In this document: one piece after another, positions 47,251 through 59,854 of the stretch
Position numbering within the stretch: position 1 is the stretch's first letter
Layout: every line of letters begins with the position of its first letter
NCBI GenBank assembly: GCA_963698845.1
Contig: CAVOSH010000006.1
Coordinates: 37,242 to 101,241, forward strand
DNA from: an uncultured Acidobacteriaceae bacterium
GTDB taxonomy: Bacteria > Acidobacteriota > Terriglobia > Terriglobales > Acidobacteriaceae
Reading direction: 5' to 3'
Length of the DNA stretch: 64,000 bases
Position numbers and translations under genes: made by a program
The notes under the pieces: model-generated
The model's database searches: none
Told to the model about the DNA's origin: nothing
The model's input: the letters and a program-made list of their open reading frames with translations, nothing else

Positions 47251-48156
47251 ATGGGTAGCATATCGATGTCACATCTCGACTCTCTTGAAGCAGAAAGCAT
47301 TTACATCATAAGAGAGGTTGTTGCGGAATCGTCGCATCCGGCGATGCTGTATTCGATCGGCAAAGATTCCTCGGTCATGCTGCGCCTGGCGCAGAAAGCG
47401 TTCTACCCAGGCAAGATTCCCTTCCCGCTGCTGCACATCGATACCGGCTTCAAGTTCCGGGAGATGATCGAGTTTCGGGATAATCTCTGTCGCGAGCTTG
47501 GTCTGCAACTGATTGCCTACACCAATAAAGAAGCGGTAGCCGACGGAGCCAATCCGTTTCGGCTGGGCACCAGCCGGTGCTGCGGCTTGCTCAAGACCAA
47601 GGCATTGCTCGACGCTCTCGCCATGAATGGAATTGACGTGGCCATGGGAGGAGCGCGCCGGGAGGAAGAAAAGTCGCGCGCGAAGGAACGAGTTTTTTCC
47701 GTGCGCGATTCGCTAGGCCAGTGGGATCCCAAGAATCAGCGGCCGGAGTTCTGGAACCTCTACAACATTCGACTCGCCGGTCAGCAGAGTCTGCGCGTGT
47801 TTCCGCTCTCGAATTGGACCGAGTTGGACGTCTGGGAGTACATCCAGCGCGAGAACATTCCGGTTGTGCCGCTGTACTTCGCCAAAGAACGCGAGATGCT
47901 GGTACGCGGCGAGCTGCTCATTCCCATGGATCACCCGATGGATCTGCTGCCCGGCGAAAAGCCGCAGCGGATCATGTGCCGCATGCGTTCCCTCGGCTGC
48001 ACCTACTGCACCGGGGCTGTCCGGTCTACCGCATCCAACGTTGCCGAAATCGTCGAGGAGTTGAAGCTGGTTCGCGCCTCCGAACGGCAGAACCGCGTCA
48101 TTGATCACGATCAGGAAGGATCAATGGAGATCAAGAAAAGGGAAGGCTATTTTTGA
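47251..48156 (+). CDS. cysD: Sulfate adenylyltransferase subunit 2
   Basis: ..[40 protein letters not shown].. collinear with E. coli CysD. Confidence 0.9.
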   Translation: MGSISMSHLDSLEAESIYIIREVVAESSHPAMLYSIGKDSSVMLRLAQKAFYPGKIPFPLLHIDTGFKFREMIEFRDNLCRELGLQLIAYTNKEAVADGANPFRLGTSRCCGLLKTKALLDALAMNGIDVAMGGARREEEKSRAKERVFSVRDSLGQWDPKNQRPEFWNLYNIRLAGQQSLRVFPLSNWTELDVWEYIQRENIPVVPLYFAKEREMLVRGELLIPMDHPMDLLPGEKPQRIMCRMRSLGCTYCTGAVRSTASNVAEIVEELKLVRASERQNRVIDHDQEGSMEIKKREGYF

Positions 48157-50008
48157 GCGCTCATCCTGAACAGCGAGACCTGCTCCGGTTTGTCACCGCC
48201 GGCAGCGTCGACGACGGCAAATCAACTCTCATAGGGCGCCTGCTCTACGAGAGCAACGCCATCTACGACGATCAGCTCCTGTCGGTTAAAAAGGCATCCA
48301 CCGCCAAACACGTTGATCTCGATCTGTCGCTGCTGACCGACGGCCTTCGGGCCGAGCGCGAGCAAGGAATCACGATCGACGTTGCCTATCGCTACTTCGC
48401 AACGCCGAAACGCCGCTTCATCATCGCCGACGCTCCCGGGCACGAGCAGTACACGCGCAACATGGCAACCGGCTCCTCGACCGCCGAAGTAGCGCTGATC
48501 CTGGTGGACGCCAGAAAAGGCGTGCTGCGGCAAACTCGACGGCATGCGCTGATTGCCTGGCTGCTCGGCATTCGCCGCATGGTCATCGCGATCAACAAGA
48601 TGGATTTGATCGGCTTCGACAAGCAGGTGTTCGAATCGATCCGCGAAGATTTTGCCGAGTGCGCGACTTCGTTTCCAGGCACGGAGCTCCTCTTCGTTCC
48701 CCTGAGCGCGTTGAGCGGCGAGAACGTCATTCATAGCAACGGCGTGATGCCGTGGTATGACGGCCCGTCATTGCTGGAGCTGCTTGAGACGCATACCGGC
48801 AACGGCTCCCGCTTCCGAGAGCTTCCGGTTTCCGGTGCAGAGCGTGATTCGTCCGAACCAGGATTTTCGCGGCTATACCGGTCAAGTCAGCTCAGGAAAC
48901 ATCAAGGTCGGCGATGAGGTGGTGGCCTTGCCTTCGGGCCAGCGCACCACCATCTCGGGTATCGTTCTGCATACGCGAAAATCTTCAGGAAGCCGAGACC
49001 GCTCAGTCGGTGGTGCTGACCACCTCCGAGCACATCGATCTGGGCCGGGGCGACATGCTCGTCAGTCCCGGGCAGCTGCCTGTCACTTCGACGCGAATCA
49101 CCGCGAAGCTGATCTGGCTTTCGTCGACTCCTCTGCGCAAGGATGTTCGCTACTTCCTCAAACACACGACCAAGACAGTCGTCGCTCGAGTCAGCCGTCT
49201 GAGCCATGTCCTGGATATCGATCTTTTCGAGGAGCGCCCCGCGGACAGCCTGCAGTTCAACGAGATTGGACAAGTGGAGTTCGACCTTCACACGCCGATC
49301 TTCTGCGATCCTTATCACCGCAAACCGCGCCACCGGCAGCTTCATCATCATCGATCCTCTGACGAACGACACGGTGGGCGCGGGCATGATCGTGGAAGCA
49401 GTTCCCTCCCGAACGGAAGAAGGCCGAGACGAATTCGCCACGATGTCGCGGGTTGAGCAAAAGCGCGGCGTCACGGTCTGGTTTACCGGCCTGAGCGGCG
49501 CCGGCAAGACAACCATCTGCCGGGCTGTCGCCACCGAACTGCTGGCTTATGGCTTGCAGATCGAGGTCATCGACGGCGACGTGATCCGGAAACACCTGTG
49601 CAAGGATCTCGGATTCAGCAAGGACGGATCGGGACGAAAACATCCGCCGCATCGCCTTCGTCTCGAAGCTGCTCACGCGGAATGGAACCGATCGTCCTGG
49701 TCTCGGCGATCTCTCCCTATCGCGCCGCACGTGACGAAGCGCGCAAGACGGTCGGAGATTTCATCGAGGTTTACGTGAATACCCCGCTCGAGATATGCGA
49801 GCTCAGAGACACCAAAGAACTCTACAAGCGGGCCCGTGCCGGCAAGGTCCACGGCATGACCGGCATCGACGATCCTTATGAACCGCCGCTGTCGGCGGAG
49901 ATTGTTTGCGACACGGACAGCCAAAGCTTGCGGGAGATTTCTTCCAAGGTGGTTGCGCACATCCTGGAATATCTTTCGTCAAGCAGCGCTGCCGTCGCTC
50001 AGAAATGA
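48153..50008 (+). pseudogene. cysNC: Bifunctional sulfate adenylyltransferase subunit 1 / APS kinase (CysN-CysC fusion), four frame breaks
   Basis: GTPase motifs [14 protein letters not shown] and NKMD. Then the beta-barrel domains and the APS-kinase P-loop GLSGAGKTT, spread over five frames. Breaks near 48790, 48960, 49320 and 49625. Confidence 0.85.
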
Positions 50009-50036
50009 AGAGTCAGTCGTAAATGGGTGGAGGTTC

Positions 50037-50837
50037 GTGACTCCAGCGGCCATCGGCACCAGGATTCTTATCGGCTTAGTTGTAGGAATTCTCGTGGGGT
50101 TGACCGGAGTGGGCGGAGGCATTCTCCTCCTGCCGATACTGACGTCGGTGCTGGGCGTCGCTCCAATCGTGGCAGTGGGCTCCGATGCCGTCGTCAATTG
50201 CGTGACCAAGATCGGCGCAGGATTTGTTCACTGGCGCCGTGGAAATATCAATTGGCGATTGATCGTGTCGTTGCTTTCCGGAAGCGTGCCTGGAGCGATC
50301 CTGGGCGTCTTCTTCCTGACCGTGCTTCATGCGCGGCATGGCGAGAGCGTCAATCACTTCCTGAAAATTGTCATTGCGATTCTGCTGATCGTCATTCCAG
50401 TCATCTCCTTATTTGTGCGAGGCTCGTCAACATCGAGCCCGATGCCTGCGCACGGGAGATCGGCAGAGAACGATTATGGTATCGCCCTGATCGGATTCGT
50501 CGTCGGATTACTCGTGGGCATCACCTCGATAGGATCGGGGACGGTGACCCTGATGTTGCTGCTCGTGTTCTATGGTTATGCTCCGGCGGTCCTGGTGGGT
50601 ACGGACGTTGTACACGCGTTGCTGCTGACCGGAGTTACAGCACTGCTGCAGATGAAGCTCGGCAATGTGGACTATCCGCTGGTAGGGTACGTCCTGATCG
50701 GGTCGATACCTGGAGGCGTGATCGGGGCGTACATCGCCAATCGCATCCCGTCGAAACGGCTGAAGCAAATTCTTTTTGTCGCTCTAATAACATTCGGGAC
50801 GCGAATGTTCTGGGAAGGAATCGTGCATGGTCAATAG
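50037..50837 (+). CDS. TauE/SafE family sulfite/anion exporter
   Basis: ..GLTGVGGGILLLPIL.. and the second-half repeat ..GITSIGSGTVTLMLL.. About 8 TM segments. Confidence 0.8.
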   Translation: MTPAAIGTRILIGLVVGILVGLTGVGGGILLLPILTSVLGVAPIVAVGSDAVVNCVTKIGAGFVHWRRGNINWRLIVSLLSGSVPGAILGVFFLTVLHARHGESVNHFLKIVIAILLIVIPVISLFVRGSSTSSPMPAHGRSAENDYGIALIGFVVGLLVGITSIGSGTVTLMLLLVFYGYAPAVLVGTDVVHALLLTGVTALLQMKLGNVDYPLVGYVLIGSIPGGVIGAYIANRIPSKRLKQILFVALITFGTRMFWEGIVHGQ

Positions 50838-51635
50838 TTCCGAAGAGCAAGAATATCTCGGCCGCATCGCGCGGAGTTTCGCCGCAACTCACGATCTCGC
50901 CCGAGAACTGGCAAGCCGCAAAGTAGATCCCGCGCAGCCGACAGGAGACGATCAAGAACGCCGAACGTCAGATCAGCGACGTGCTCCGCGAAACGTTGCT
51001 GCAAACCGGCGAGGGCTGGCTTTGCGAGGAGGATGCCGATGATCACGTCCGGCTCGGTTGCGACGTAGCCTGGGTGATCGATCCGGTCGACGGCACGCAG
51101 GAGTTCATAACTGGCGTTCCCGAGTGGAGCATCTCAGTCGGCCTGGTGATTGGAGGCAATGCCATCGCGGGCGGTGTATTCAATCCGTCGACCGAGGAGT
51201 TGGTGCTGGGGGCGTTGAATCTCGGGGTGACTTACAACGGCCGCGAGGTCCGCGCTGCCAGCAAAACGAACATGAACGACGCTGTCGTTCTCGCCAGCCG
51301 ACAGGAATTCAACCGCGGAGAGTGGACTCGCTTTCGAGGGCCGCGGGTTTGCGATCCGGCCTACGGGATCGGTTGCCTACAAGTTGGCGCTGGTTGCAGC
51401 CGGACTGGCTGACGCTACCTGGACGCTATCGCCTAAGCACGAATGGGATGTTGCCGCAGGCGTGGCGCTGATCAGTTCGTCTGGCGCTCGCGTCAGTTTC
51501 CTGGGAGGAGCGCCCGTACGGTTCAACCAGAAAGACACACTGCTGCCAGGCCTGATCGCCAGCAGCGCAAGCATCTGGAGCAGAGTGAATTCGCTCATCT
51601 CTGAAGTCGCGCCGCACTCTGCCGCCACAAGTTAA
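50827..51635 (+). pseudogene. Inositol-monophosphatase family protein (CysQ-like PAP phosphatase candidate), two frame breaks
   Basis: ..WVIDPVDGTQEF.. and ..WDVAAGVALI.. motifs lie in different frames. Breaks near 50940 and 51345. Confidence 0.7.
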
Positions 51636-51827
51636 TCTCCGCTATCACATTCCTCGCTCGAAGGCCTGATCTGGTTACCTGTAGGTTACCTTCGTAACGA
51701 AATCTAGTACCCAAACATGTCGAGAATCGGGCTCCTTCATCTAGCCTAAAGCTGCTCCCTGGTAGATGCGGCGCGTGCCGCCTCCTGATCGTGGAACGGA
51801 CTCTAGAACGAGAAGGGGCCATCCTTC

Positions 51828-54800
51828 ATGGTGACCGCAAGATCGCTGAACCGCTTACTGCTCATCTCCTGCATTTTAACCATTATCCTCAGCAGCATAT
51901 CCCTGGCTGCGCAGAATCCTGTTGGCATTTGGAAGCTGGATGAGGGCTCCGGCGACTCTGGCTTACGACTCGTCCGGCGGCGGCCACACGGCCACCTTGT
52001 CGAGTGGCATTCGATGGTCAAAGGCGGCCAGCACATGGACCGTGTCGAGCGATGGATTGCGTCGAGGTTACGTAACCACTCCATCGCTCGATCTGACTGG
52101 CAGCAAGGCCGTTAGTGTCGCCTTATGGCTGGAGCATTCCTTCTCCACCACCAATGGGCAGAGCCGTACTTTTCGAAGCGGGCAAGAACTACTTGCAGTC
52201 CGAGACCGGCTTCGCTTTGCTGGTCGACAACGATACCTGTCACGGATTTCAGGCCGTCTTGCGCGGCAATGAAGGAACCACAGCAAACTGTTACGCTCAG
52301 CCTTCTGCCGGCGGCTGGCATCACCTGACCGTCGTCTACGACAAGAGCCAAACCGGCGGCAATGCTGTTTCCTTTACGTTGACGGAGCGCTGCAAACTCC
52401 AACTTGGAATCTTTCCTCCGCAACGAATACCAACAATTTTGGAAACGAACCTCTTTACCTGTTGTCGCGAGGCGGCAGCTCGCAGTTCAGCTCCGGAACC
52501 GTCAGTGACTTCCGCATATACGATGGCGCTCTGAGTGATGACCAGGTCCAGCAGATCTACAACGACAAGCTTCTCGAATCACCTGCGGCCATAAGTTACG
52601 TGCAGGGCAACTATGCGGACCCCCAGAGCCCGCAGACAGCCGTCACTGTTCCCTTCACAGCTGCACAAACCGCCGGCGACTTGAACGTTGTTGTGGTTGC
52701 CTGGAAGGACAGTACCGCTACCGTACGTCAGATAACGGACTCGAAAGGCAATACCTATACTCGTGCGGTAGGGCCTACCGTCGTCAGCGGTATCGCTACG
52801 CAATCGATCTATTACGCCAAGAACATTGTCTCGGCGGCGCCGGCAGCAACAGCGTAACGGTCACATTTTCCGGCTCAGCAAAAAATCCCGATGTCCGCGT
52901 TCTGGAATACAGCGGAGCGGACACCACCAGCCCTATCGACGTAACCGCGGCGAGTACCGGCAACGGCCGCGCCTGCAACAGCGGCTCCGCCAACACGACG
53001 AATGCAACCGACCTGATCCTGGGCGCGAACGTTGCGCTGGCGATCACGTCGGGTCCGGGCACCGGTTTCACAAAGCGACTGCTGAGCGCCCCTCAAGGCA
53101 ACATCGTCGAAGACCAATACGTCACGGCAACCGGCGGATATTCGGCCACGGCGCCGCTTCTGCCGGCCGGCACGCTGGATTATGCAGATGGTGGCCTTGC
53201 GCCACCGCCAGCCCACGCTCACATCCATCACAGTGACTCCAGCAACCGCGTCGTATCCGGTGGGAGGTCACCAGCAATTTACCGCCACCGGTAACTACAG
53301 CGACGGAAGTCATCAGGACCTGACGAACTCGGCAACCTGGACTTCCAGTTCCCCATCCGTCGCCACTATCAGCACTGGTGGATTGGCTACTGGTGTTGCC
53401 GCCGGCAGTACCACCATCAAGGCGGCTTCCGGATCGATCCATGGAACGGCTAGCCTGACGGTCACGAACGCTGGGAATTTCAGCATCTCGGCCTCCCCGG
53501 CATCCTTGAGCATTGCCCAGGGTAGTCAGAGCCGACTCGACCATCACGACTGTCGTCAGCAACGGATTCAACAGCTCCATCGCGCTGTCCGCTTCGGGTG
53601 TTCCCTCCGGCACAACCGTCTCGTTCAACCCGACGACCATCGCCGCACCGGGATCGGGCAGCTCGACCATGACGATCACTGTCGGGTCGAGCACGCCCAC
53701 CGGCACTTATCCGATCACCGTAGCCGGCAATGGCGGAGGCGTACAGCAAACCACAACCGTGACGTTGACGGTTACAGGCTTCAGCTACATTCACCATCTC
53801 GGCCTCACCAGCCTCGTTGAGCGTTCTTCAGGGACATGCGGGAACTTCAACCCTCACTACCACGGGTGTGAACGGCTTCAACAGTTCGATTTCGCTTTCA
53901 GCTTCGGGAACGCCGACAGGCACGACCGTAAGCTTTAATCCCAATCCCATTCCGGCGCCGGGCACGGGCACCTCGACCATGACTATCACGGTCGGGTCCA
54001 GCACTCCGGCGGGAACTTACCCCATCACGGTGACGGCAAACGGAGGCGGAACACAGCAAGCCGTGGTCGTTACGTCTGACCGTCACAACATCCGGAACGA
54101 TCAGCTATGTGCAAGGCGCCTACTCGACACCGCAGTCGTCACAGACGACCGTAAGCGTCGCCTATAGCAACGCGCAGACAGTGGGTGACTTGAACGTGAT
54201 TGTTGTGGGGTGGAATGACACCACTGCGACGGTCAGCTCGGTGCAGGACTCCAAGGGCAACGTGTATACCCGGGCGGTCGGACCGACGTTGGTAAGCGGA
54301 TATCTCTCGCAGTCTATCTACTATGCGAAGAACATCGTAGCGGCTGCGGCTGGCTCCAACACGGTCACGGTGACGTTCTCCGCGGCAGCGTATGCGGCCG
54401 ATATCAGAATTACCGAGTACAGCGGAGCCGATCCAAATAATCCGGTTGACGTGACAGCGGCAAATTCGGGCACCACCGCCAGCAGCAGCAGCGGTTCGGC
54501 GACTACAACGAACCCGACCGACCTGATCTTTGGTGCGAACATCGTCTGCTACGCTGACCACCGGGCCGGGCAGCGGCTTTACTAACCGCATGATCACATC
54601 GCCCGATGGCGACATCGTGGAAGATGAGATGGTGACGAGCACGGGCAGCTACAGCGCTACCGCGCCTCTGAGCGCAGCCGGTGCCTGGGTTATGCAGATG
54701 GTAGCGTTCCGGGCGTCGGGCGGCGCTCCGGTGCTGACGTCCATCACCGTCACCCCGGCGAATCCTTCCATCGCCGTGAATGGCCAACAGCAGTTCACCG

Positions 54801-55840
54801 CGACCGGTAACTATAGTGACGGCAGCCATCAGAACTTGACCAGTTCCGCGACGTGGACTTCCAGTTCACCGTCGGTGGCGACCATCACCAGCGGTGGATT
54901 GGCGACCGGTGTGTCCGCCGGCTCGACCACGATCAAGGCCACCTACAACTCCGTCAACGGCAGCACAGGTCTTACCGTGACTGGAACCGGCACGTTCACC
55001 ATCGCTGCCAACCCCACCTCGCTCAGCATCGCCCAGGGCAATCAAAACACGTCGACCATCACCACCACCGTCAGCGGCGGGTTTAATAGTGCGATCGCGC
55101 TTTCGGCCTCCGGAGTTCCCTCCGGTACCAGCGTGAGCTTTAATCCGGCCAGCATTCCGGCGCCGGGTTCGGGCAGCTCGGTCATGACCATCACGGTGGG
55201 CGCGGGCACCGCGGCTGGAACCTATCCCATCACCGTAGCCGGCAACGGCGGAGGCATTCAGCAAACAGCGACTGTGACGCTGACGGTTACCGCCGTGGCG
55301 AACTTCTCTATCTCGGCATCGCCAGCTTCGCTGAGCGTTATGCAGGGCAGGCAAGGGACTTCAACGCTCACTACAACCATAAGCAATGGCTTCAACAGCG
55401 CAATCAGCTTGTCCGCTTCGGGAGCGCCGACGGGCACCACGATCAGCTTCAACCCGGCGACCATCCCGGCCCCTGGTTCGGGCACCTCGGTGATGACGAT
55501 CACCGTCGGGTCTTCCACACACATGGGGACTTACCCCATCACCATCACCGCGACCGCGGGAAGCATTCACCAGACGGTCACTGTCACTCTCACCGTAACT
55601 GCTCAAATTGCTCTGTCGTGGTCGTCAGGTGGGTCACAGAACATCGCGGGCTACAATATTTACCGCAGCACGACATCGGGAGGGCCTTACGCCAAGATCA
55701 ATTCCAGCCTTGATCCGAACATGAGCTACATGGATCAGACTGCGCAGGAAGGTGTGATGTACTACTACGTGACGACCTCCGTCGATACTTCGGGGAACGA
55801 AAGCAGCTACTCCAATCAAGCTTCAGCCATGCTGCCCTGA
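51828..55840 (+). pseudogene. Giant secreted surface protein (LamG-like, unknown ISYVQG.. domain, Big_2, repeated Ig-like modules, FN3-like end), about nine frame breaks
   Basis: Signal peptide. ..WKLDEGSG..LamG-like. Two ~1.5-kb tandem modules at 52591-54099 and 54100-55603. The breaks all lie between 51950 and 54550; the last 1.3 kb is intact. Confidence 0.7.
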
Positions 55841-55859
55841 TCAGCGGCTGACTGGTTGA

Positions 55860-57008
55860 CTATACGGGTTGGGCTTCAGAGTGCCCAACCCGATTTTTCT
55901 TGGCGATCAGCCACGCTGCGGCGAGGTACATGGCGACTCCGAGACAAGTCCCAATGGAATTCGTGATCAGGTCGGTCGTGCCGGAGTAGCGGGTCGGCAG
56001 ATAGGATTGGAAGTATTCGATAACGAAGCTGGTTGCGACTCCGGTGATCACGGCGGCAAGAGCCGCGCCTTTTCCGCGCACAAACGATCGTCCAGAACCA
56101 CGACCGCAATGCAGCCTAGCGGAACAAAGCCCAGAATGTTAATGATGGCGTCACTCGCGATAGCTATCGTCAAAATGGTTCTCGGAGAAGGCGGACTCGA
56201 AGCGCAGCTGGTCCACGGTCCGAAATTTCTGCGGCACGATCAAGTCGACTCCACCCGCAACGGCGTTAGGGATCCTCTCATCCCACGGACCGCGAAACAG
56301 GTAAAGCGCTACCGGGTCTTGCGCAGCAGTAATGGTAGGCGGCCGGTTGCTGTCCATTGCTGCGCATGCTGCCGAACCTCTTCTGCGCTGAGATCGGATG
56401 CGTAGACAGCGAGACCTTCCACTTTTCCCGCCCATCCATCATTGCGGCGCGGCGCATTGCCGAGAATCAACTGGGCCGCCAGATCCTCGCTCGAGAGTTG
56501 AAAGTGAGGAGCATCCAGCGTCATTTGCCCGTCGATATAAACGACCGTCTTCCCTCCGTTCGATGTCAGCGTAAGCAAAAATTCCGATCGGCGAAAGACG
56601 TTTTGTACCACCAGTAATTGCTCGCGACTCGGCGCCTTGCCGAGCGCGGTCGACCAAACGAAGCAGGAGTTCCGGGCCATCCTGCGAGATCGCAAATTCG
56701 CGCCTGCGCTCCTGGTTATAGAAATCCAGGGGCGTTCCGCCGATCCAGGCGGAGGCCGGCTTCAGCCGCAGCTCGAGTGTGCAAGCCCTCCTGCCCGCGT
56801 CCTTAAAACGCAGCATACCATCGCTGATCGCCGTACCCTGCCGGCTGAACCGGATGCCGTCTTCACCCTTTACCCACGTCGCGTCGTTTTTCGGAGCGTG
56901 GAACGGCCACAGTCCTGCCGTCAATGTAGCCAGGAGAGTCGAGGCAAAGAGAACGGCTTGCGAACGGGCGCGAGGCGAGCAGAGCGACGCAAAAGGGCGC
57001 TTCTCCAA
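55860..57008 (-). pseudogene. LamG-like + VanZ-like membrane protein, at least four frame breaks
   Basis: The N-terminal TM and jelly-roll-like part (..TLELRLKP.., ..GKTVVYIDGQ.., ..GKVEGLAVY..) and the VanZ block (..NILGFVPLG.. / ..EYFQSYLPTRYSGTTDLITNSIG..) lie in successive frames. Confidence 0.55.
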
Positions 57009-57123
57009 AGCGGTTGCGGCCCGTCGTCTTCCGCGCGCAGGGCGCCATATTGCCGCCCGGGCAGTTTGTCTCTGGATGCCGTGGGTTCTCGCGTTGTCGG
57101 CAAGGTGGGTCCCAGGGTCGCAG

Positions 57124-59442
57124 TCACGATTTCAGAGTAGTCAGCTGTTTCTTGATGTCATCGGCGGCCGGGTAGTTGGGATCGATCTTCAGCGCCTGCT
57201 CCAAATGTTGGCGCGCCTGGGCCGGGTGCGAGGTTTTCTGGTAGGCCAAACCCAGATGATAGTGAATATCGGCGCTGTCGGAGGCGTTCTGGCTCTGCAT
57301 CAACTTGAGTGCTTGCTGCAGGATGTTCAGGGCGAGAGGATATTCGCCTTTCTGATAGTAGACCCATCCCAAGGTGTCGGCCGCGCCGGGGGAATTGGGC
57401 GCGCTGCGTTGCGCCGACTGCGCCAGTGATAAGGCTTCGTCCAGATTGCCGCCGGAATTCAGCAGGACGTTGGCCAATTCGCGAGCCGCGACCGGATTGC
57501 CAGGCTGGATCTCGCGGGCTTTCTCCAGGCTGCTCTTCGCCAGGCTCCAGTTCCCTTTGGCCTGGTACAACTCGCCCAGCAAAAGATAGAAATCGGCGAT
57601 GCGGGGTTGAATTTGTACGCCCTGTTGACAGGTTGCGATTGCCTGATCCAGTTTTCCTGCTGTCGACTGTGCCTGCGCCAGCTTCAGCCGAGCATCGGTG
57701 TTCTTGGCGTCAAGTTGCAGCGCCTTGCTGAATGCCGCCTCGGCTCCTGGCAAGATCCTTCTTGGCGCGGAATAGGCTTGTGCCCAGCAGATCGTAAAAT
57801 TCGCTGTTGTCGGGAGCTTTGGCAATCTGCGCATTGGCGGCAGCGACGGCGCGATCGACCTGGTGCTGCGCCAGGTAGCTGTTCATCAGGCCCCGAAGGG
57901 CGTCGCTGGAATTGGGGTCGCGATCCAAGTCCCTGCTGATAGGACCGGGCTGCGGCTGCGTAATCCGTCTGAGCGAACTGCAGGTTGCCCCAGTTGCACA
58001 TATCCCAACTGGCTGGCTGGATCGACCGCGATTGCTTTTTGAATATCCTGCTGCGCCAACTGGAACTTCTTCTGGTTGATGTAGGCAACTGCGCGAAGCG
58101 CATAACCTTCCGCCTTGTCCGGCTGCAGGTAGATCATCTGTGAGGTCGCCGCCCGTAGCGTGTCCATGTCGCCGGTGCGCATGGCGGACAAGGCCAGCGT
58201 CCGCTGCGCTTGCAGCATATTTGGATTGAGGCGGATCGCCTCGCGCCATTCGCTTTCGGCGCTATGCAGATCGCCCTGCGCCTGGTAGGCCAGACCGAGT
58301 TGATAGTGGGCGCCGGCCTGGTTAGGGTCGTTCTTAACGGCCGTCTGCAGAGTGGAGACGGCGCCATTAGCGTTGCCGTTAATCAACTGCAGTTGCCCGC
58401 TGATAGGTTAGAGCGACCACATCGCCCGGATAGGACTTCAGAATTTCGTTGACGATCCGGGTAGCTTCATCAAACTGCTTGGCCATGATCAGCAGCTGAA
58501 CATAGTTTCTCTTCACCTCCAGGTCAGCTTGGAATGTTGCGAATAAAGAGAAGCATATTCGGCTCGCGCCTTGTCCATCTCGCCGTTCGAGAAGTAGAAG
58601 TCTCCCAGCATGCGGTAGCCGGTAGAGTCCTCCGGGAACTCCTGCTTGACCTGCTTCAGAAAAGCTTCGGCTTCACCTTTTCTGTTTTCCGCAAGCAGCA
58701 ACCGGGCCAATGCGGCCCGAGCATCCACGTTCTTCGGCGCTATCTGCATAGCGCGGCGAAATTCGCTCTCCGCCTCGGGATAATGGCCTCGCGATTGGTA
58801 ATACGTACCCATCATTAGCGACGCATTCAGATCGTTCGGGCTGAGAGTGACTGCCTTCTTGAAATTCGCTTCAGCTTCGTCAGCCTGCTGATTCTTGACT
58901 TGCATCAGGGCGAGGTTCATATAGAAGTTTCCGTCGCTCGGATTCAGTGCGATGGCTTTTTGCATTTCTGCAATGGCTGCCGGGAATTGGTTTTGCGCGG
59001 CCAGAAGGCTGGCGGCGATGAAATGGGCGCGAGCGTCGTTCGGACGCTGCTGCAGCAGTAATTCGCTCTGCTGCTTGGCCTGCTGAAGATCGCCGGTTTC
59101 GATCAGGAGATTGGCAAGGTCGAAGCGAGCGTCAAAGTTCTCCGGCTGCAAATCCAAAGTGCGAGTGAATTCCTGATAAGCGCTGGGCCACTTCTGAAGC
59201 TTCTTATAGGTCTTACCTAGATCGTAGTGAGCGGCAGCATAGTTATCGTCCAGCTTAATGGCATTCTGAAATTCAATGCCGGCTTCCTTGTATTTCCCGT
59301 CCGCAAAGTACTGCTCTCCTTTTTGAAGGAAATTAACTTTACGGATGTTCGGGTCGCGCGTACATCCGGTAAAGAGAGCGACGGCGGCCAGTGCCAGGAT
59401 GAGGCCCAAAGTGACGCGGGATCTCACTGCAAATTTCTCCAA
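57124..59442 (-). pseudogene. PEP-CTERM-system TPR-repeat lipoprotein (PrsT-like), at least five frame breaks
   Basis: Lipobox LFTGC at the N-terminus. TPR repeats run through about 770 codons but are distributed over six ORF-track pieces. The breaks lie between 57800 and 58520. Confidence 0.75.
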
Positions 59443-59700
59443 TTGTCTTGAGAGTGGAATGAGTATACCGCCGCCGCGAGAGCGCTACGGCGAGAAAAAC
59501 GTCGCCGCACCGTCGGGAGCATTGCAGGTTTGAACCTATCAATCAGGGCGAAAGGCGGACTGCCGCAGCGCTCGGCCGCTGAAGGTGATTTCATCCCGCA
59601 CGCCGATCCCGTCAGAGTGTTGCTAGCTGCGCTTCTACAATCGACGCTCAGTCAGCCCGATGGGTAGTGCTATGTCGCTGAAAACAATAGGTGATAGAGG

Positions 59701-59726
59701 TTGCAAACGCTTGCAACCTGTTGCAG
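59701..59726 (+). promoter_or_regulatory. Three helically phased direct repeats TTGCA(A/G) at 10-nt spacing
   Basis: TTGCAAACGC TTGCAACCTG TTGCAG, about 130 nt upstream of the PEP-CTERM gene. The first two also form the palindrome GGTTGCAA-ACGC-TTGCAACC. Confidence 0.3.
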
Positions 59727-59854
59727 AAATTATCATTCTTGACGAAGCCCCCGGATGGAACGAAGCTAAGCGTGCAGATCTGTCTGGGAAAGGTGTGGGG
59801 CGAGTGGTTTTATCCCAGACGGCTCCCTCAGGATGTACGAGAGGAAAGCATTCT

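Noticed and set aside
52591-55603. CRISPR-like periodic repeats
   Set aside because: The only long periodicity is the in-frame 1.5-kb protein-module duplication and its internal Ig-like repeats. There are no short identical direct repeats with unique spacers and no cas genes.
59745-59775. Sigma-54 promoter upstream of the PEP-CTERM gene (TGGAACGAAGCTAAGC)
   Set aside because: The GG and GC elements are 11 nt rather than 10 nt apart, and the -12 element is TAAGC rather than TTGC. That is insufficient to call.
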